NCBI GenBank assembly: GCA_023515725.1
Contig: JALDTO010000213.1
Location: forward strand, 186,001-250,000
DNA: 64,000 nt
Reading direction: 5' to 3'
DNA from: Amoeboaphelidium protococcarum X5
Taxonomy: Eukaryota > Fungi > Aphelidiomycota
The notes beneath the pieces were generated by a model that saw only the letters and a program-made list of their open reading frames with translations, was not told the DNA's origin and ran no database searches. Of this stretch, positions 59,001 through 64,000 are shown in pieces. Each line of letters starts with the position of its first letter. The first letter of the stretch is position 1. The position numbers were made by a program, and so were the translations under genes.

Positions 59001-60709
59001 GTCATTACGTATTTGAACCCATGAAACGAGCGGATATTGCATGGACTAAGATCAGACACCACGAGATCAAGCGGGTTTGAGTAGATAGAATCTGAAGGCT
59101 GAAAAGGAGCACGTTGCAGCTTCGTAGAAAGACAATCATCACAGAATTCAAAAGTCTTTTACTCACTCAAATTCACATTCACATACTGTTGTTGTCATAA
59201 CTTATTCACCAACTTTTCAGAGGGGTGGCCGAGACGACGGTGCAGCGTTTGATAGTTGACCATTACAGACTGCGGCGGCTAGGCATGTTGGCTAATGAGA
59301 TTGACCACATTCAGCACCTTCTATGGCTACTCAATTACAATGCGATAAAGACCTTTCTCTAGGACAGCCACACACAACTTCCTGTTGTTTGCCTTTGACT
59401 GGATTACAAACTGGCTGTCAAGGTCAACCAACGTCACCTTGCCAGAGCTTTTCAGCTTTGACACTGACATTAAGGAGCAGCTAGCACCCGGGAAGTGCAT
59501 AACATTCTCCAGCTTTAGACAGCGACGCTCACCATCAACAACTGCATTGAGGATGACGGTACCAACTCCGGCACACACCAACTCTTTATCACTGCCTCCA
59601 TAGTTCTGTACCTTCATGCCTGAACAGGCAGACAATTCTATAAAAGCATCCTTGTCGTTGCAGCAATGAGTAGACGCGCCAGAGTCTAGAAACCATTCAC
59701 TACCGCTAACTGTACGATCAGAGGCCATGAAGATTGCGTCAAAAGAGCTGTCACAATCAGAGACTACCTACGGATTGGTTTACAACAAGTTAGCCGTGGC
59801 AGATGGTTTATACTTCTTAACATCTGCTTCCAAATCCTGAATTCTCTTATCACATCGTTCCTTTCTGTGTCCACGAGGCTTCGGGCAACCAGGGTAATCA
59901 CACACAGGATACTCCTTCTTTACCAAGTTGACCTGTTGAATATCACCAGCATTTGTTACTTGGATAGAAGGCCCTCTTTACTCGATGTCCTTTGCATCTT
60001 TACGCTCCTGCTCATTCAACATTATGGACATCAGAGAATCAAACGTCAGAGTGGAAGTCTGAGTTGACACGGAAAGTTGCTGCTCAGCGTTTAGGCGGAT
60101 GTGATCGAATTTGGCGTCAATGCCAAACAGGGAGACTGCCAGTTGCAGTTCTTTGAAGCAGACTTTGCCATCATTGTCAACTGCCACTCTAGCATGATGA
60201 CTAGCAGCCTAGAGTTTGTTCACATACTCAGATAGCTTTTCGTTCTTGTCTTGAGTACACACAAGCAAATTACGAAGACCAGCCAAGCGATTGACCAGAG
60301 AGCCAGTGGAGTAGCGATCCTTCAACAAGTCCCACATTTACTTAGCTGTCAACTCTTGAGACTACTGTTCGGCCATCTTGGAGCGTAAATATACCTTGAC
60401 AGCATCGGTGACATTCTCAAATATGATGCTCTAAGCTTTGCAGTCAACGACGTAATCACTTGGACCAGTAGCATTAACATAAACGATATTAGCGGTAGAA
60501 CCATCTGGTTGAGAGGCGGAAGTAGTACTGGAGGATGTAGCAGAAGGAGGCTAAGGAACTATAGCAGTCCAACATGAATTCTTCTTCATTGTCATTTGCA
60601 TGTCCATAGACCAAGTTGAGTAGGCTACATTATCAGCACCTAGTAGTTAGCTTAACTTTGGATTCTAAATTAATACACCAGTATTCATTGGTGGAGCATT
60701 CGGTCTCAT
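56009..60709 (-). CDS. Copia Gag-Pol polyprotein, 1566 codons, interrupted by one in-frame TGA at 59197-59195
   Basis: Single frame. Knuckle CDYPGCPKPRGHRKERC; PR WFLDSGAS; IN HRRLGH...CDDC, VSD, RSDGGGEY, PQQNGNSER; RT RGFL[TAA], [TAG]FDVKTAFLN, KSVYGLKEAP, YVDD; RH FSDSD, SSVEAEY, ADN, ADVFTK. Confidence 0.92.
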
Positions 60710-60713
60710 AATC
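60700..60713 (-). promoter_or_regulatory. Primer-binding site of half-tRNA type (tRNA-Met anticodon arm)
   Basis: Sense GATTATGAGACCGA directly abuts the 5' LTR; its complement TCGGT-CTCATAA-TC is an anticodon stem-loop with CAT anticodon. Confidence 0.8.
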
Positions 60714-60843
60714 TGTTAAGAATAGTATAAGAGAGTGAAGTGAATATGAGATATAACAAGTATATTAACAGTTGTTTCAACTCTTATATGATAAAGAGAG
60801 AGAGTGAGTGACTGAAACGCGTCAACACGGTTTCAGCTCAACA
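60714..60843 (-). repeat. 5' LTR (130 bp)
   Basis: Identical to 55867-55996; followed on the + strand by TSD ATTTT. Confidence 0.96.
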
Positions 60844-60902
60844 ATTTTTCCATTTATCACGAAAGACCAAGCTAACTAAATACGCAGTGAAAGAGCAAAG
60901 AA

Positions 60903-62849
60903 TCATTTCTGATTAACAACGTGAGTGAGCATAAACTCCAGAAATCTATGACCATACCGGATAGGATTCACAGCAGATATCAGATTCTTGTCGTGATTCA
61001 GCGATTTCCAATAGTGCTCCACAGCTTTAGATGTGTTGTAAGGAGTGAGAATATCAATGATGCCGACGTAATACAACTCCAACAATGGTCGATTCTGCTC
61101 ATCGGTAGAGAGGAAACCACCATCATCCTGATAAAAAACACAACCGCGACGTTCGGCGGGATTCTCATCTGGAAACCCGGAGGAGCTCAATCCTTGGACA
61201 GCTTCCGCCTGAGCAATGGCCAACTTAAGGGAAGATAAGTTGGCAGCTTTCATATTCGAGGACATTGGCCGCCGCGATAAAGTCTCAGCATTGGGTTCAA
61301 ACACCGAGAGAAACTGATCTCTGATATTCTCCGAGTTGCCCCGCTTCAGATAATGTATTCCCGTGAGAAGACTGTAGTCCATGATATTCAATGATACGAG
61401 CAGAGTGACATCCTTCTATAGCTAGGTGACGAACAGATCCTTCTTCTCCGGTCCAAGTGCCAACCGCTTCTTCATATTCAACCAATTTATATCTTTCATG
61501 ACGCAGCGAGGATTCAATTTAATCTTCTCTGCAGACACCTCACGCCCAATCATTGACCCTTTGAGATCAAACGTCTCATGGATATCCTTATTAGGTGGAA
61601 ATACATTGCACATCACCACAAAATAAATCTTGCGTCCTTAAGGCAACTTTACGCGATGCAGCCCAAGATACCGACTCAGTAATGTATTCGGATTAGACTG
61701 CAGATGTTCATAATACTGGCTCAGAATCTTTCGCATAAACTTGTGCTCAGTCTTGTGTATAGTCTTTATGATAAATCTATAATCCTGGGAGAAGTAGAAG
61801 AAACTGCCACTCTTACCGGATGATCCCAACTCTGAGAGCACGTACTTACCCGTAAGACTTATGAGATAATCGGCGGCCTCAATTTTAAATAGTTCACGAA
61901 TTCGCCTGAATACCCACGGCGCATAATCCTTGAATTTGAAATCATATTTAGACGATGGAGTGAGTTCATTGCCCAGAACGTCGAAGGTCAGCTTGTGCTT
62001 GGCCAGAAAATCAGCAGGTGTGAGATCACGGTGAGGCTTGGCCACGCATCTACTCACAGCTATCCGAATACCGGTGAGCATATCATACATGAGAACAAAA
62101 TTGGCGTGACCCTCACTCACTTTCTCACCAACCTTGACTCCATCGTCCTCCTGATGGTTATGGTTATGGTGATGATGAAAAGATTTATCCTTCTTCCCTT
62201 ACACTTATTATGACTACTTTTTCTAATGATGAATGTTACTATTATTATGATTAGAATGGTGGCCTATTTAATGATCACCGCTAATGTTATCCAATTCAAT
62301 ACCACCATCATTAGATCTATTAGAGGTGGATCCCATGGCCAAGAGATTCTTTAGAGGAGATTTAAATGATTGCGACTGCTACTGGTTGGGAGATGGTGCA
62401 CTCTATGTCTATAGCTTGAGCATATTCCTTTACAAATCTGTAGGATCAGCTACACTTTGAGCTCGACCATGTGCCTTATTATTACTGTCAATAATAACTG
62501 CCTACCCAGCCTGATTTTACTACGCTTATGATGTAGATTACTATTCATATCTCTACAACGCTGATCTATCCAGTGATTAAGATTTACTCATTCCACCAGA
62601 TTGTAGTGATAGTTATTACTACTACTATTACTGTTACAAAGCCATCAGACTATCAGCAGATTTTCTAGTTTAAAGTGCATTTAGTTATTACTACTATTAT
62701 GATTAAGATGACGCAGCATGTAATTTCTTTTCAATAACCAGCGATATAGTATCCCATATCAATTCAGATGCAACAATTTCAGATACTTGCTGCACGGCTT
62801 ACTATGCCTTTTAATCTGGAGTCTCTTCCACAAAAGTCTCTGCAGCCAT
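60903..62849 (-). CDS. MSS4: Phosphatidylinositol-4-phosphate 5-kinase (Mss4/Its3-like), 648 aa
   Basis: [68 protein letters not shown]; Q-rich N-terminus from ATG 62849. Confidence 0.94.
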
Positions 62850-63499
62850 AATTATTATATACAGACAGATTGTTGTTGAATTGCAATATCCTTGATAGAT
62901 AGATGATTAAGAGAGCAAAAGGTGGTGATGAGCTATTTTGAGATATAAATATGGCTAAATTATATGCAAATGTAGAGTATTGATATGCCAAGACTATGTA
63001 TATTATACACACTGCAATTAGAGAGTAAAAAAATTACTCCTACGCAATACTATCAAGTAACCAATATTTCAATCAATCAAGAAAAGGGACGAAAACGATT
63101 TGTATTAATTCGTTGTTGTCAAGTCGGATGGATCTTTAAGGGGTCTCTATTCACCTCCACTACTATTAGAGCTTAAAAATTTATGAACTCGACTCTTTAA
63201 ATATTCACGCTACATTATATTAATATCATTAGACATTTGAATTTATAAATGAAATTAAGTACAATTAATGGGCGAGCTTAAAGCTCTATAGCGCAAGTGA
63301 CGTGTTGGTAATGAGGGAGTCTAGATTAAGCGTCGCAACAAAATTGGGTAATCAGGGGGGATTCAAAGAACGGCGACTTTTAATTGCCCTTGTACTTCAG
63401 TCGTTCTTCTCGCTAAATCTCATTGTCTATTCTTGATTGCGAGAATCCATTTAAAACTAACTTTCTCAGAAGTATATCGCGTCTGTGTTTTGTCGGGGA

Positions 63500-64000
63500 A
63501 TGGGAAAGTTTAAATCAATAGAGAGGAAATTGGATAATTAGTCTGGCGTAGATTAGTAGTAAAATGAAGAGTAGCCAGCGAATGGTGTAGATTATGCTGG
63601 AGAATTTGAGGGATTTTATTATGATTATGCGTTGCGATAGTATTTCCCCATATCATCGCAATAAATGCTTGCTAATGTAGTAGATAGTTAAGCTTATTCG
63701 GTGAATGAGCAAACCGCCGGATAATCATCATCGTCAATGAACAAATTATCTGTTAATATTCCCAATCTTGATGTGGTGGTTGTGAAATCTAGCTAAGCGG
63801 ATGAAACAGTTAACTATCGAACTGATAACAATTAAGGCGATAGAAATCAGGAGGGAAAGACTACTAAAGATAAGAAGGAAACGTCAAGTTCGGTTTTAAG
63901 AGCGGCGGCGGGAGAAGTGTGGAAAGACGATACTCTGATGGAATGGCCAAAAGGATTCAGATTATTCGTAGGGAGTCTATCGCGAGATTGTAAAGATGCC
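63500..64000 (+). CDS. RBM42: RBM42-like RRM protein, N-terminal part (runs off window end)
   Basis: VLRAAAGEVWKDDTLMEWPKGFRLFVGSL matches the RBM42 pre-RRM motif and RNP2; open from ATG 63500 with TAR=Gln. Confidence 0.8.

Larger units (their letters stand above)
55867..60843 (-). mobile_element. Full-length Ty1/copia LTR retrotransposon, 4977 bp
   Basis: Two identical 130-bp TG...CA LTRs; 5-bp TSD ATTTT at 55862-55866 and 60844-60848; domain order Gag-PR-IN-RT-RH. Confidence 0.97.

Noticed and set aside
60690-60716. tRNA-Met gene next to the LTR
   Set aside because: Only about 14 nt of the anticodon arm are present, directly abutting the LTR; this is a PBS, not a gene.
63282-63370. tRNA-like start (gctctatagcgcaagtg)
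   Set aside because: No D-loop GG, no matching D-stem, no TTC T-loop or acceptor pairing; no tRNA gene, including a suppressor tRNA-Gln, could be supported in this window.

Overview
Gene-dense eukaryotic nuclear DNA, fungal/holomycotan in gene content, read in a non-standard code: TAA and TAG encode Gln and TGA is the only stop (translation-table-6 type). The supplied standard-code ORF track therefore breaks nearly every gene into fragments. Re-read by hand with TAR=Gln, the window holds 30 host protein genes (28 complete, all ending in TGA; 2 cut by the window edges) and 12 short GT-AG introns. It also holds one very young Ty1/copia LTR retrotransposon (55867-60843) written in the host code. 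This code with fungal-type genes best fits an aphelid such as Amoeboaphelidium protococcarum, where the reassignment is already described; the taxon is my inference. Main leads: (1) all 12 introns end in the same pentamer TGTAG; (2) the copia primer-binding site matches the anticodon arm of elongator rather than initiator tRNA-Met, and the element has no purine tract and one in-frame TGA; (3) three membrane-anchored, bacterial-style GT2/GT4 fusion glycosyltransferases are clustered, two of them sharing a duplicated divergent promoter; (4) PGK has a TGA-CTA readthrough context and a Ptc5-like phosphatase ends in -AKL, hinting at hidden peroxisomal targeting; (5) TAA is avoided in presumably highly expressed genes. 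Coordinates and family calls were made by eye from motifs; no searches were run.
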